NCBI GenBank assembly: GCA_963761425.1
Contig: CAVXGQ010000003.1
Coordinates: 36,501 to 100,500, forward strand
DNA: 64,000 bases
Source: an uncultured Acidimicrobiaceae bacterium
GTDB lineage: Bacteria; Actinomycetota; Acidimicrobiia; Acidimicrobiales; Bog-793
Direction: 5' to 3'
The notes under the pieces are model-generated. The model searched no databases. It saw only the letters and a list, made by a program, of their open reading frames with translations, and was not told the origin of the DNA. This document shows positions 16,205 to 27,041 of this stretch, in pieces. Positions within the stretch are counted from its first letter, which is position 1, and every line of letters begins with the position of its first letter. The translations under genes and the position numbers were made by a program.

Positions 16205-16786
16205 ATGGGGAGCGCGGTGGCCGAGCAAGAGCGGCGGTTGGCACGCCCGCAGGGGTGTGTCTTCATCTCGCGTTCCCAGGTGATGGACTCGGACGACGTC
16301 CGTCGCGCCCTCGTGCGGATCGCCCACGAGATCCTGGAACGCAACCACGGCGCCGAAGGGGTCGTTCTCGTCGGGCTGCAAACCGGAGGGGTTCCACTCG
16401 CCCGTCGGATCGCCGCTGAAATAGCCGAGATCGACGGGGCCACCGTTCCGCTCGGCGTGCTCGATGTCGGGTCCTACCGCGACGACACCGACCTTCGCCC
16501 GGTCCGGTCGCGCAACGCGACCGAGATCCCGGTCGACCTCACCGGTCGCGTCGTCGTACTGGTTGACGACGTGTTGTTCACCGGACGGACGGTGCGCGCC
16601 GCGCTCGACGCGCTGGTAGACCACGGAAGGGCCCGGGCGGTGCAGTTGGCGGTGATGGTCGACCGTGGCCACCGGGAACTGCCGATCCGGCCGGACTTCG
16701 TCGGTAAGAACCTGCCGACCCGGTGGGATGAAGTGGTCGAGGTGAGCGGGGATGGGGTCGCGATCGGCGACCTCATCGAGGCCTGA
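16205..16786 (+). CDS. pyrR: bifunctional pyr operon regulator / uracil phosphoribosyltransferase PyrR
   Basis: [17 protein letters not shown]...[14 protein letters not shown]...[22 protein letters not shown]...[22 protein letters not shown]. The start is ambiguous: ATG 16205 gives 193 aa, and GTG 16280 or ATG 16283 gives 167-168 aa. The listed ORF from 15593 is an upstream read-through. Confidence 0.9.
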   Translation: MGSAVAEQERRLARPQGCVFISRSQVMDSDDVRRALVRIAHEILERNHGAEGVVLVGLQTGGVPLARRIAAEIAEIDGATVPLGVLDVGSYRDDTDLRPVRSRNATEIPVDLTGRVVVLVDDVLFTGRTVRAALDALVDHGRARAVQLAVMVDRGHRELPIRPDFVGKNLPTRWDEVVEVSGDGVAIGDLIEA

Positions 16787-16918
16787 GCACCGTGGGTGGC
16801 CACCGCCAGGCTCGTCCCGCCGACTCCTGGCCGGAGGGGCCCGGCGAGCCCATCGGGGGGTTCTCCGCGCTTACCGGGCACGACCTTCACGTGAAACCGG
16901 GACCGGCGGGGAGGCGAA

Positions 16919-18265
16919 GTGCCTGAGCCCGCCGGCCGCGGCCGGTCCGGCCCGCGACGGGTCGTCGTCCGGGGCGGGACCATCGTCGACTCGACGGGTG
17001 AGCGTCGCGGTGACGTGTTCATCGAGGACGACCGGATCACGGCGGTCGGCGAGGAGATCGAGAGCCCCCGGGGGGCGGTGATCCTCGAGGCGTCGGGTTG
17101 CATCGTCGCGCCCGGGCTCGTCGACATCCACACCCACCTGCGGGAACCGGGCGACGAGGCCGCCGAGACCATCGAGACCGGGACGCGCTCGGCGTCGCTC
17201 GGTGGCTACACGGCCGTCGTCGCCATGCCGAACACGAAACCGGCGATCGACTCGGCCGCGGCCGTGCGGGCGGTGCTGGAGCTAGCCCGTGGCGCCTCCA
17301 CCGATGTCGCGGTGGCCGGGGCGATCACCGTCGGGCGCGCCGGTGAGCGAGTCGCACCGCTCGCGGAGATGGCTGCCCTCGGTGTGCGGCTCTTCACCGA
17401 CGACGGCAGCGGCGTACAGGACGCCGAGGTGTTGCGGCGCGCCCTCGAGGAGGCGCGCGACCTTCGGGTCATCCTGGCCGAGCACTGTCAAGACGATGCC
17501 CTCGCCGCCGGTGGCCAGATGCACAAGGGTGTCTGGTCGGCACGGCTCGGGATACCCGGCCAGCCGGCCGCCGCCGAAGAGGTCATGCTCAGCCGGGACC
17601 TCGAGCTCGTCCGGCGAACGGGCGCCTCGATGCATTTCCTCCATCTGTCGACCGCCGGATCGGTCGAGCTGGTGCGGGCGGCCAAGGCCGAGGGCCTTCC
17701 GGTGACCGCGGAGGCGACTCCGCATCACCTTGCCCTCACCGATGGGCTCGTCGCCTCGGGCGACCCGTGCTTCAAAGTTGCCCCGCCGCTGCGGGCGGTC
17801 TCCGACGGGGCCGCGCTGCGGGCGGCGTGCCGCCAGGGCGTGATCGACGCCATCGCCACCGATCACGCGCCCCACACGCCGCAGAGAAAGTCGGTGCCGT
17901 TCGCCCTGGCCCCGACGGGGATGATCGGGCTGGAGACCGCGCTCGCCGTCGCCTACGACGTCTTGGTCGCTTTCCCGGATCGGGGCTTGCCGCTGTCGTT
18001 GGTCGAGCTGTTCGCCCTGTTGTCGTGGCGTCCCGCAGCCCTCGTCGGGCTGGACCGGACCTTCGGCCACGGAGGACCGATCGCGCCGGGGAGTCGTGCC
18101 CACCTCTGCGTGTTCGACCCCACCGACACCTGGACGGTGGATCGCCGGGCGATGGCGAGCCTGTCCCAGAACTCACCGTTCCACGGGATGACGTTCAGCG
18201 GGCGGGTCCGCCACACCCTTTTGGCCGGCGAGCCGGTCGTCGTGGACGGGAAGGCCGAGCGGTGA
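16919..18265 (+). CDS. pyrC: dihydroorotase
   Basis: GGTIVDSTGERRGDVFIEDDRITAVG...APGLVDIHTHLREPG...ATDHAPH; 448 aa. Confidence 0.93.
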   Translation: MPEPAGRGRSGPRRVVVRGGTIVDSTGERRGDVFIEDDRITAVGEEIESPRGAVILEASGCIVAPGLVDIHTHLREPGDEAAETIETGTRSASLGGYTAVVAMPNTKPAIDSAAAVRAVLELARGASTDVAVAGAITVGRAGERVAPLAEMAALGVRLFTDDGSGVQDAEVLRRALEEARDLRVILAEHCQDDALAAGGQMHKGVWSARLGIPGQPAAAEEVMLSRDLELVRRTGASMHFLHLSTAGSVELVRAAKAEGLPVTAEATPHHLALTDGLVASGDPCFKVAPPLRAVSDGAALRAACRQGVIDAIATDHAPHTPQRKSVPFALAPTGMIGLETALAVAYDVLVAFPDRGLPLSLVELFALLSWRPAALVGLDRTFGHGGPIAPGSRAHLCVFDPTDTWTVDRRAMASLSQNSPFHGMTFSGRVRHTLLAGEPVVVDGKAER

Positions 18266-19377
18266 CGGGCGGGCGCTTGGCCGCGCCGGCGCAACCACGG
18301 CCGACGGGGCTGCTGGTGCTCGCCGACGGGACCACGTTCGAAGGAGAGGCCATCGGGGCCACCGCGTCCGGGGGACGGCCGATCCAATCCGGCGAGCTCG
18401 TGTTCAACACGGCGATGTCGGGCTACCAGGAGATCATCACCGACCCGTCGTACGCGGGACAGGTGATCGCTTTCACCTACCCGCACATCGGCAACTACGG
18501 CGTGACCGCGGCCGACAACGAGTCCCGTCGCCCGTTCTGTCGCGGGATCGTGCTGCGCGACCTGCCGGAGCGGCCGAGCAGCTGGCGCGCCTCTAAGAGC
18601 CTCGAGTCCTTCCTCGTGGACGCGGGCATCGGGGGGCTGACCGGCGTCGACACCCGCCGGCTCACTCGCCACGTGAGGGAAGCGGGGGCCATGCCGTGCG
18701 CCTTCGGGACCGTCGGGGAGGCCGAGCTGCTCCGGGCCGCCCGATCAGAACCCGGGACCGAGGGTCAGGACCTCGTCTCCGAGGTGACGACGAGGACTCC
18801 CTACCGGGTCTCCGGCGGCCCGTTTCGGGTCGTCGCCTACGACTTTGGGATCAAGCGGTCGATCCTCGCCCAGCTGGCCGCCATCGGCTCGGTCGAAGTC
18901 GTCCCGGCGACGACCCCGTCCGCGCCGGTGCTCGCGCGCCGACCCGACGGCGTCTTTCTGTCCAACGGGCCCGGCGATCCCGCCGCCCTCGGTCACCTGG
19001 TCGGCGTGGTGCGACAACTCCTCGGCACCGTCCCGGTCTTCGGGGTCTGTCTCGGCCACCAACTCCTTGCCGCGGCGCTCGGGGCGCGCACCTACAAGCT
19101 CCCCTTTGGCCACCACGGCGCCAACCACCCGGTGCGACGACTGGCGACCGGGACGGTGGAGGTGACCAGCCAGAACCATGGCTACGCGGTGGTCGCCGAC
19201 ACGATCGAGGCGGCCAAGGTCACCCACGTCAATCTCAACGACCAGGTGATCGAGGGCCTCGCCTGCCGGGATGTCCCCGCCTTCAGCGTGCAGTACCACC
19301 CGGAGGCCGGACCCGGGCCCCACGACGCGCGCTACCTGTTCGAGCAGTTCCGCAGCCTCATGGAGGCCTGCCGGTGA
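18262..19377 (+). CDS. carA: carbamoyl-phosphate synthase small (glutaminase) subunit
   Basis: GTG at 18262 overlaps the pyrC stop (GTGA). [15 protein letters not shown]...[20 protein letters not shown]...GVCLGHQLL...QNHGYAV. Confidence 0.95.
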   Translation: MTGGRLAAPAQPRPTGLLVLADGTTFEGEAIGATASGGRPIQSGELVFNTAMSGYQEIITDPSYAGQVIAFTYPHIGNYGVTAADNESRRPFCRGIVLRDLPERPSSWRASKSLESFLVDAGIGGLTGVDTRRLTRHVREAGAMPCAFGTVGEAELLRAARSEPGTEGQDLVSEVTTRTPYRVSGGPFRVVAYDFGIKRSILAQLAAIGSVEVVPATTPSAPVLARRPDGVFLSNGPGDPAALGHLVGVVRQLLGTVPVFGVCLGHQLLAAALGARTYKLPFGHHGANHPVRRLATGTVEVTSQNHGYAVVADTIEAAKVTHVNLNDQVIEGLACRDVPAFSVQYHPEAGPGPHDARYLFEQFRSLMEACR

Positions 19378-19405
19378 CCGGTGCGGACTCCGGGGTGGGT
19401 CGCTG

Positions 19406-22400
19406 ATGGGCCGGAGAGAGGACCTCGAATCGGTGCTCGTGATCGGTTCGGGCCCGATCGTGATCGGCCAAGCCTGCGAGTTCGACTACTCGGGGACCCA
19501 GGCTTGCCGGGCGCTTTCGGAGGAAGGTCTCCGGGTCATCCTGGTGAACTCGAACCCGGCGACGATCATGACCGATCCAGGCGTCGCCGACCGGACCTAC
19601 CTCGAACCGCTCGATCCCGAGGTGGTCCGGGTCATCATCGAGCGGGAGCGGCCCGACGCCCTCCTGCCGACGATGGGCGGACAGACCGCGCTCAATCTGG
19701 CGATGGCGCTGTGGCACCGGGGCGTGCTCGGCGACTACGGCGTCGAGATGATCGGAGCCAACGCCGACGCCATCGCCACGGCCGAGGACCGGGAGCTTTT
19801 CAAGAAGGCGATGAGTGGGGTGGGGCTCGAGGTGCCGTCCTCGGGTTTCGCCCACTGCGTGGAGGAAGCGCTGGCGGTCGGGGACTCGATCGGCTACCCG
19901 ACGATGGTCCGCCCGTCGTTCATCCTCGGCGGCGCCGGCACGGGGATCGCGGCCAACCGCGACGAGCTGGTGCGGCTCGCCGCCGCCGGTCTCGCGGTCA
20001 GCCCGATCGGCGAGATCCTCGTCGAGCGTTCGGTGGTCGGCTGGAAGGAGTTCGAGCTGGAGGTGATGCGGGACCGCCGGGACAACTGCGTGGTGGTGTG
20101 CTCCATCGAGAACCTGGACCCGATGGGGATCCATACCGGCGACTCCATCACCGTCGCCCCCGCCCAGACGCTGTCGGACGTCGAGTACCAGGCGATGCGC
20201 GACGACGCTTTCACCTGCATCCGCCGGGTGGGCGTGGAGACCGGGGGTTCCAACATCCAGTTCGCCGTCGACCCGGCGACCGGGAGGCGTCTCGTCATCG
20301 AGATGAACCCACGGGTGTCGCGTTCCTCGGCGCTCGCCTCGAAGGCCACGGGATTCCCGATCGCCAAGGTCGCGGCGCGCCTCGCCATCGGCTACACGCT
20401 TGACGAGATCCGCAACGACATCACCAGGGCGACCCCGGCGTGCTTCGAACCGACCCTCGACTACGTGGTGACCAAGGTCCCGCGTTGGGCCTTCGAGAAG
20501 CTGCCCGGCGTGTCGGGCCGCCTCGGCACCCGCATGCAGTCGGTCGGCGAGGTCATGGCCATCGGCCGCACCTTCGCCGAGTCGCTCCAAAAGGCCCTGC
20601 GCGGCCTGGAAGAAGGACGGTCCGGGTTGAACTGCGACCCCGCCGAGGCGCTGGTCGACCTGCCAGCAAGCCAACTGCTCGAGCGGGCGTCCCGGCCGAC
20701 TCCAGGGCGCATCTTCGAAGTCGAGGCCGCGCTGCGTGGCGGCGCGACCGTCGAGGGGGTAGCGAGCGCGACCGGGATCGATCCGTGGTTCATCGACCGG
20801 ATCGCCGAGATCGTGGAGGTGCGCCGCCGCCTCGACGATCTCGCCGCCGCCCCGTTGGCGCTCGAACGCCTGGAGAGGAGCGACTGGCGACGCCTGAAGC
20901 GGGCCGGGTTCTCGGACGCCCAGATCGCCTGGCGCCTCGGGCGGGGAGAGTCCGAGGTGCGCGCGGCGCGACTCGCCTCGGGGGTCGAGGTGACCTTCAA
21001 GACCGTCGACACCTGCGGCGCGGAATTCGCGGCCGAGACGCCGTACTACTACTCGACCTACGAGGACGAGTCCGAGGTGCGGTCCTCGCCGCGGCCCCGG
21101 GTGGTGATCCTCGGATCGGGTCCCAACCGGATCGGACAGGGCATCGAGTTCGACTACTGCTGCGTTCACGCCGCGATGGCGTTGCGCGAAGCGGGTTTCG
21201 AGACGGTGATGGTGAACTGCAACCCCGAGACGGTCTCCACGGACTACGACACCTCGGACCGGCTCTATTTCGAACCGATCACCGAAGAGGACGTGACGGC
21301 GGTGCTCGCCGCTGAATCCCGCGCCGGGACGGGGGGAGTGGCCGGTGTGATCGTCGGCCTCGGGGGCCAGACCCCGCTCAAGCTCGCCGGGGCCCTGCCC
21401 ACCTCCCTCGTCCTCGGCACCAGCGCCGCCTCGATCGACCTCGCCGAGGACCGCGAGCGCTTCGGCGCACTGCTCCGTCGGCTCGGCATCCGCCAGCCGC
21501 CGGGCGGCACCGCACGCACCGCCGAGGAGGCCCGCGCCGTGGCCCGGCGGGTCGGCTATCCGGTCCTGGTGCGGCCGAGCTACGTGCTCGGCGGTCGGGC
21601 CATGGAGATCGTCTACGACGAGGCCAGCCTGGGCGAGGCGATGACGGCGATGTTCGGCTTCGACCGGCTGGCTGGTCGCGGCGGCGCCGGCTCACTGGAG
21701 CGAGAAGGCGGACTGTCGGCCACGCGGCCGATCCTCATCGACAGCTTCCTAGAAGACGCCATCGAGGTCGATGTCGACGCGGTCCGTGACGCCTCGGGGG
21801 AGCTCCTCGTCGGGGGCGTCATGGAGCACGTCGAGGAGGCAGGGGTGCACTCCGGTGACTCGGCGTGCGTGATCCCCCCGCCGACCCTCGACTCTGCGAC
21901 CGTCGAGGCGCTGGTGGCCGACACCACCGCTATCGCCGCCGCGCTGGACGTGCGCGGCCCGATCAACGTCCAATTCGCGGTCAAAGCCGGCGAGGCCTTC
22001 GTCATCGAGGCCAATCCCCGGGCCTCGCGCACGGTTCCCTTTGTCTCCAAGGCGACCGGCGTCCCGCTCGCCAAGGTCGCGGCCCGGGTCGTCGTCGGAG
22101 CGACCCTCGCCGAGCTGCGGGCGGAAGGCGTCCTTTCCGAGTCGGCGCGTCCGGGCGGGTATGTGAGCGTGAAAGAGGCCGTCCTGCCTTTTGCACGCTT
22201 CCCCGAGGTGGACGCGCTGCCGGGCCCGGAGATGCGCTCGACCGGCGAGGTGATGGGGATGGCGGGCACCTTCGGCCTGGCCTTCGCGAAGAGTCAGATC
22301 GCCGCCGACAACCGACTGCCGGACGCCGGGAGGATCTTCCTGTCCCTCGCCGACCGGGACAAGGCGGACGGCCTCGACGCGGCGCGGGCCTTTGCCGGGC

Positions 22401-22750
22401 TCGGCTTTGCGCTGGTGGCGACGGAGGGGACCGCGGCCTTCCTTTCGGCGAACGGTCTCCCGGTGGAGGCGGTCGTCGGCAAGTTGGCCGGTGGGCTGGA
22501 CGGGCAGGAGAACCCCGGAGGCGTCGTCGCCTTGTTGACCGGGGGATCGATCCAGCTCGTCGTCAACACGCCTCGGGGCCGCGGGGCCCACGCCGACGGC
22601 GCCTACATCCGGCGGGCGGCCTCGGCGTGCCGGGTGCCGATCGTGACTACGGTGCAGGCGGCGCGCGCCGCGGCGGCGGGAATCGCCGAATGGAGGCAGT
22701 TCGACCTGAGTGTGACCAGCCTGCAAGAACGTCACGGGACGAGCCGGTGA
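19406..22750 (+). CDS. carB: carbamoyl-phosphate synthase large subunit
   Basis: ATG at 19406. [33 protein letters not shown]... It has two ATP-grasp halves and a MGS-like C-terminus in an uninterrupted 1114-aa frame. Confidence 0.97.
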   Translation: MGRREDLESVLVIGSGPIVIGQACEFDYSGTQACRALSEEGLRVILVNSNPATIMTDPGVADRTYLEPLDPEVVRVIIERERPDALLPTMGGQTALNLAMALWHRGVLGDYGVEMIGANADAIATAEDRELFKKAMSGVGLEVPSSGFAHCVEEALAVGDSIGYPTMVRPSFILGGAGTGIAANRDELVRLAAAGLAVSPIGEILVERSVVGWKEFELEVMRDRRDNCVVVCSIENLDPMGIHTGDSITVAPAQTLSDVEYQAMRDDAFTCIRRVGVETGGSNIQFAVDPATGRRLVIEMNPRVSRSSALASKATGFPIAKVAARLAIGYTLDEIRNDITRATPACFEPTLDYVVTKVPRWAFEKLPGVSGRLGTRMQSVGEVMAIGRTFAESLQKALRGLEEGRSGLNCDPAEALVDLPASQLLERASRPTPGRIFEVEAALRGGATVEGVASATGIDPWFIDRIAEIVEVRRRLDDLAAAPLALERLERSDWRRLKRAGFSDAQIAWRLGRGESEVRAARLASGVEVTFKTVDTCGAEFAAETPYYYSTYEDESEVRSSPRPRVVILGSGPNRIGQGIEFDYCCVHAAMALREAGFETVMVNCNPETVSTDYDTSDRLYFEPITEEDVTAVLAAESRAGTGGVAGVIVGLGGQTPLKLAGALPTSLVLGTSAASIDLAEDRERFGALLRRLGIRQPPGGTARTAEEARAVARRVGYPVLVRPSYVLGGRAMEIVYDEASLGEAMTAMFGFDRLAGRGGAGSLEREGGLSATRPILIDSFLEDAIEVDVDAVRDASGELLVGGVMEHVEEAGVHSGDSACVIPPPTLDSATVEALVADTTAIAAALDVRGPINVQFAVKAGEAFVIEANPRASRTVPFVSKATGVPLAKVAARVVVGATLAELRAEGVLSESARPGGYVSVKEAVLPFARFPEVDALPGPEMRSTGEVMGMAGTFGLAFAKSQIAADNRLPDAGRIFLSLADRDKADGLDAARAFAGLGFALVATEGTAAFLSANGLPVEAVVGKLAGGLDGQENPGGVVALLTGGSIQLVVNTPRGRGAHADGAYIRRAASACRVPIVTTVQAARAAAAGIAEWRQFDLSVTSLQERHGTSR

Positions 22751-23679
22751 GACCGGGCGCCGCCACCGTCGACCTCACCACCACCATCGGCACGGTGGTC
22801 CTGCCGAACCCGGTGATGACGGCGTCGGGCACCTCGGGCCACGGTGCCGAACTGGCGGCCTACATCGACCTGTCGGAGCTGGGCGCCGTCGTGGTGAAGT
22901 CGCTCTCGGCCGAGCCGTGGCCGGGGAACCCGCCCCCACGTCTGAGGCCGGTCGCGGGCGGGATGTTGAACAGCGTCGGGCTCCAAGGACCCGGTGTCGC
23001 GGCGTGGCTCGCCCACGACCTGGCGGATCTGGAGGCGGCGCAGGCCCGCGTGGTGGTCAGCATCTGGGGCCGGCGGGTGGAGGAGTACGCCCGCGCCGCG
23101 GCGCTGCTCGCCTCGGCGTCGCCGTCGATCGTCGCCGTCGAGGTCAACGTGTCCTGCCCGAATCTCGATGACGGGCGGGAGATGTTCGCCCGTTCGCCCC
23201 GCGCCACGGCCGAGGCGGTCGAAGCTGCCGGTGCCGCCGGGGTGCCGCGCTGGGTGAAGCTTTCGCCGGGCGTGTCCAATCTCGTCGAGGTGGCGGGGGC
23301 CGCGGTCGATGCCGGGGCCGCGGCGCTGACGCTGGTGAACACGCTGCCGGGTGCGGCGATCCGGACCGATCTTCGGCGGCCGGCACTCGGCGGGGGTGGC
23401 GGCGGCCTGTCGGGTCCCGCCCTCCACCCGGTGGCGCTCCGAGCGGTGGCCGACCTCGCCTCGGTGATGCCGGGGGTGCCGATCGTCGGGGTGGGAGGCG
23501 TCATGTCGGGTCTGGGGGCGGTGGAGTTCCTGCTGGCCGGGGCGCGGGCGGTCCAGGTGGGGACGGCGACCCTCCTCGACCCGCACGCGCCGGCGCGGGT
23601 GCTGGCCGAGCTGCGTCGATGGTGTGTGGCGAACCGGGTGGCGCGGGTGGCTGATCTCGTGGGAGCGGCGCGTGCCTGA
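22747..23679 (+). CDS. pyrD: dihydroorotate dehydrogenase (class 1-like catalytic subunit)
   Basis: GTG at 22747 overlaps the carB stop (GTGA). [15 protein letters not shown]...VVVKSLS...NSVGLQGPG...VEVNVSCPN...LVNTL...[10 protein letters not shown]...VGVGGV. Confidence 0.9.
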   Translation: MRPGAATVDLTTTIGTVVLPNPVMTASGTSGHGAELAAYIDLSELGAVVVKSLSAEPWPGNPPPRLRPVAGGMLNSVGLQGPGVAAWLAHDLADLEAAQARVVVSIWGRRVEEYARAAALLASASPSIVAVEVNVSCPNLDDGREMFARSPRATAEAVEAAGAAGVPRWVKLSPGVSNLVEVAGAAVDAGAAALTLVNTLPGAAIRTDLRRPALGGGGGGLSGPALHPVALRAVADLASVMPGVPIVGVGGVMSGLGAVEFLLAGARAVQVGTATLLDPHAPARVLAELRRWCVANRVARVADLVGAARA

Positions 23680-24391
23680 GGTCACCGTGCCGCCGCGGCC
23701 GATGCGCGAGCGACTCGCGCTGGCGCTCGACCTTCCCGATCTGGCCGCGGCCCGCGAGCTCGCCCGGCTGCTCGCCCCGTGGTTTGCGGTGGCGAAGGTC
23801 GGCCTGGAGCTATTTGCGGCGGAGGGTCCCGCCGCCATCCGTGCACTGGGCGAGGATGGCTTCGATGTCTTCGTCGACTTGAAGCTGCACGACATCCCGA
23901 CGACCGTCCGTCGCGCCGCGCGGTCGGTCGCGCGCACCGGCGCCCGTTACCTCACCGTGCACGCCGCCGGGGGCCTGCAGATGCTCGCCGAGGCGGCCGA
24001 GGGGTTGGCCGAAGGAACGGACGACCGCGGCGGGGAACCGGCGACGGTCGGGCTCGCGGTCACGGTCCTCACGAGCGACGCCGACGCCGACCCGTCGCTG
24101 GTCGTCGGGCGCAGCCGGCTGGCGGCGCGGGCGGGCCTCGGCGGCGTGGTCTGTGCGGTGGCGGACGTTCCGGCGGTACGCGGGGCGGTTCCCGGGATCT
24201 TCACGGTCGTGCCGGGGGTGCGGCTCGCCGGCACCCCTCGCGATGACCAAGCTCGGGCCGGAACCCCGCAAGACGCCCTCGGTGCCGGGGCTGACCTCCT
24301 CGTCATCGGACGCGCGGTGACCCGCTCCCCCGACCCGGTGGCGGCGGCACGCCAGCTCGTCGAGGCGCTGGAGCGGGCGACACCCCGCTGA
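23672..24391 (+). CDS. pyrF: orotidine 5'-phosphate decarboxylase
   Basis: LALALDLPD...VAKVGLELF...FVDLKLHDIPTTV...LTVHAAGG...VIGRAV. The start is ambiguous (ATG 23624, GTG 23672, or an internal ATG). Confidence 0.9.
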   Translation: MPEVTVPPRPMRERLALALDLPDLAAARELARLLAPWFAVAKVGLELFAAEGPAAIRALGEDGFDVFVDLKLHDIPTTVRRAARSVARTGARYLTVHAAGGLQMLAEAAEGLAEGTDDRGGEPATVGLAVTVLTSDADADPSLVVGRSRLAARAGLGGVVCAVADVPAVRGAVPGIFTVVPGVRLAGTPRDDQARAGTPQDALGAGADLLVIGRAVTRSPDPVAAARQLVEALERATPR

Positions 24392-24484
24392 GGGGCGGGG
24401 TCGTGACGACATCACGGCCGGCAACCCGGTTCCGCGCGTGGAAACCGTGGTCAAACGGGGCGACCTGCGCTAACGTCTCGACTC

Positions 24485-24805
24485 ATGCCCCAACCACCAA
24501 GCCTCACTCCCGCACAGCGCACCGCCGCGCTAGCCAAGGCGGCTCAGGCGCGCAAGGCCCGAGCGGAGATCAAAGACCAGTTGAAAAACGGTCGCGTCAC
24601 GCTGAGCGGTTTGCTCGGTCGGGCCGCCAACGACGACATCGTCGGCAAGATGAAGGTTCTCGCAGTCCTCGAGTCCCTCCCGGGTACCGGTAAGGTGAAA
24701 GCCCGCCGGCTCATGGAGCAGGTCGGGATCAGCGAGACCCGCCGGCTGCAGGGCCTGGGTGCCAAGCAGCGCAGCGCGCTGCTCGAAGCTATCGGTCGCC
24801 CCTGA
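24485..24805 (+). CDS. mihF: actinobacterial integration host factor mIHF
   Basis: 106 aa. LTPAQRTAALAKAAQARKARAEIKDQLKNGRVTLSGLL...KVLAVLESLPGTGKVKARRLMEQVGISETRRLQGLG. Confidence 0.9.
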   Translation: MPQPPSLTPAQRTAALAKAAQARKARAEIKDQLKNGRVTLSGLLGRAANDDIVGKMKVLAVLESLPGTGKVKARRLMEQVGISETRRLQGLGAKQRSALLEAIGRP

Positions 24806-25344
24806 TCCTCGTCGTCTCCGGTCCCGGCGGTGCCGGGAAAGGGACGGTCACCCACGAGCTCGTCGCTCGTGACCCGAAGCTGTGGCTGTCCCGGTCCTGG
24901 ACGACGCGCGCCCGCCGGGAAGGCGAGGACGAGGACGCCTACACCTTCGTCGACCGACCGGCCTTCGAGGCGGCGATCACCGCCGGCAAGTTTCTCGAGT
25001 ACGCGTCGGTGCTCGGCGAGTGGTACGGCACCCCGCTTCCCCAGGCGCCACCCGGGCACGACATTGTGCTCGAGATCGACGTGCAAGGTGCCAAGCAGGT
25101 GTTGCAACGCTGCCAGGACGTGGTGTGCGTGCTACTGGTGCCCCCCTCGCGGAAGGTTCAGGCGGAGCGGCTGGAAGGACGCGGCGATCCCGCCTCCCAT
25201 GTGCGGGCCCGTCTGCGGCTCGCCGACCGCGAGCTGGAGGCGGGGCGGGCCTTCGCCGACGCGATCGTCGTCAACGACGAGGTCGGCCGGGCCACCGACG
25301 AACTGGCCGGTATACTAGAAAAAGCACGTCGGCGCGCGAGGTAG
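24802..25344 (+). CDS. gmk: guanylate kinase, apparently initiated at CTG overlapping the mihF stop (CTGA)
   Basis: (L)[15 protein letters not shown]...[49 protein letters not shown]. An in-frame TAA lies at 24691. No ATG, GTG or TTG occurs between it and codon 25009, which is well inside the domain. Confidence 0.85.
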   Translation: MILVVSGPGGAGKGTVTHELVARDPKLWLSRSWTTRARREGEDEDAYTFVDRPAFEAAITAGKFLEYASVLGEWYGTPLPQAPPGHDIVLEIDVQGAKQVLQRCQDVVCVLLVPPSRKVQAERLEGRGDPASHVRARLRLADRELEAGRAFADAIVVNDEVGRATDELAGILEKARRRAR

Positions 25345-25447
25345 TGACGCGGGCAACTGCGCACTTCGACCCTCGACGGCGTGCAGCAAAGATCCAACCC
25401 GGTGGCCGCCTGGCGCGAGCCGCGTCCACCCCGCGACCGAGGAGCCC

Positions 25448-25762
25448 ATGGCTGAAACCCGCAGCACGATGATCGAACCGGCGATCGAGGACCTCCTCGA
25501 CAAGGTGGACTCGAAGTTCAGCCTCGTGACCTTGGCCGCCAAGCGCGCTCGCCAGATCAACTCCTATTTCAACCAGCTCGGCGAGGGTCTCGGGGCGATC
25601 GTCCCGCCGCAGGTCAGCTCGGTGGCCCGTAAGCCGCTGTCGATCGCCCTCGAGGAGATCGCGGCGTCCAAGGTGCGCGCCGGCGAGCCGGCGGAACCGG
25701 AGGCCGCCGAGACGGTCGACCAGGACGGCGATCCCGCCGGCGATCCCCCGGCCAGTTCGTAG
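25448..25762 (+). CDS. rpoZ: DNA-directed RNA polymerase subunit omega
   Basis: [28 protein letters not shown]...; 104 aa. Confidence 0.93.
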   Translation: MAETRSTMIEPAIEDLLDKVDSKFSLVTLAAKRARQINSYFNQLGEGLGAIVPPQVSSVARKPLSIALEEIAASKVRAGEPAEPEAAETVDQDGDPAGDPPASS

Positions 25763-25797
25763 CGCCCGGGCCGGGTGGTCGTCGGAAAGGCGCCGCG

Positions 25798-27041
25798 ATG
25801 AGCTCGAGCTCCGATGAGATGCGCCGAACGGCTGAGGGCCGGGCCGCGCTCGAGGGCTCGGTCGTCGTTCTCGGGGTCACCGCGGGCATCGCCGCTTACA
25901 AGGCGGTCGAGATCTGCCGGCAGCTGGTCGACGCCGGCGCCCACGTCACTCCGGTGCTCACCGCCTCGGCGACCCGCTTTGTCGGAACGGCCACCTTCTC
26001 GGCGCTGGCCTCCGAACCGGCGCGCACGGAACTTTTCGACCCGCACGACCCGATCCCTCACACGCACCTCGCCCAGGACGCCGACCTGGTCCTCGTGGCC
26101 CCGGCGACGGCGAACTTCCTCGCCGAGTACGCGGCCGGCCTCGCGCACGACCTGCTCGGCGCCACCTTGCTCGCCACGACGGCGCCGGTCGTCGTCTGCC
26201 CGGCGATGCACGCCGAGATGTGGAGGCATCCCTCGGTCCAAGAGAACCTCGCCACCCTCACCGGGCGCGGCGTTCTCGTCGTCCCCCCGAGTCGGGCCGG
26301 CTGGCCGGCGGGGACGAAGGCCCGGGCCGTCTGGCCGAACCCTCTGACATCGTCGCGGTGGTGACCGGGCTGCTCTCGACCCGTGGCGAGCTGGCGGGGG
26401 TGAAGGTGCTCGTCACCGCGGGCGGCACCCGGGAACCGATCGACCCGGTCCGCTACCTCGGCAACCGCTCGTCGGGACGCCAGGGTCACGCCATCGCCGA
26501 GGAGGCCCGCCGGCGGGGGGCCACGGTGACCCTCGTCTCGGCGTCCCCGCTCCCCGCTCCCCGGGGCGTCGAGTTCGTGCCGGTCGAGACGGCGGGGGAG
26601 CTCGCCGGGGCGGTCCTCGCGCGTGCCACCCAAGCCGACGTCGTCGTGATGGCCGCCGCCGTGGCGGACTTCCGCCCGAAGGCGGCGTCGCCGACCAAGC
26701 TGAGAAAGCGTGACGGACCACCGAACATCGCTCTCGAACCGACCGAGGACGTCCTCGCCGAGCTCGGTTCCCGTCACCGGCCCGGACAGGTCCTGGTCGG
26801 TTTCGCCGCCGAAACCGGTGACGCCGTCGCCCGCGGGTCGGCGAAACTCGCCGAGAAAGGCGTCGATCTCATGGTCGTGAACGACGTGAGTGTCCCGGGA
26901 GTGGGCTTCGGGTATGAGACGAACGCGGTCACCATCCTCGACGACGCGGGCGGCCAGGTGGACGTTCCCCTCGGGCCCAAGCCTACGATTGCCGCGGCGG
27001 TGCTCGACGCGGTCGTCCGTCGGCGTGCCGGCAGCTCGTGA
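25798..27041 (+). pseudogene. coaBC: CoaBC (phosphopantothenoylcysteine decarboxylase / phosphopantothenate-cysteine ligase) with frame broken at a C6 run
   Basis: Frame 1 (25798-) reads VVVLGVTAGIAAYKA...LVVPP, then junk and a stop at 26364. Frame -1 (listed ORF 26220-) continues ..PPESGRLAGGDEGPGRLAEPSDIVAVV...VLVTAGGTREPIDPVRYLGNRSSGRQG. The switch point is the cccccc run at 26283-26288. Confidence 0.85.

Noticed and set aside
15593-16786. Listed 397-aa ORF that would fuse an ArsR-like segment to PyrR.
   Set aside because: The 5' end would translate through the AT-rich operator-like repeats. The middle 100 codons are Arg/Gly/Ser-rich filler. PyrR homology begins only near 16205-16283. I treat it as pyrR plus an upstream read-through of an open frame.
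16787-16918. A remnant of pyrB in the pyrR-pyrC spacer.
   Set aside because: None of the three forward frames gave PyrB-like sequence.
24797-24806. Programmed -1 ribosomal frameshift on C-CCC-TGA producing an mIHF-Gmk fusion.
   Set aside because: This is possible on paper because tRNA-Pro can re-pair on CCC. However, there is no canonical X-XXY-YYZ heptamer and I recognised no downstream stimulatory structure. The same CTGA geometry at two unrelated junctions favours reinitiation at CTG. It is kept only as a secondary hypothesis within the gmk finding.
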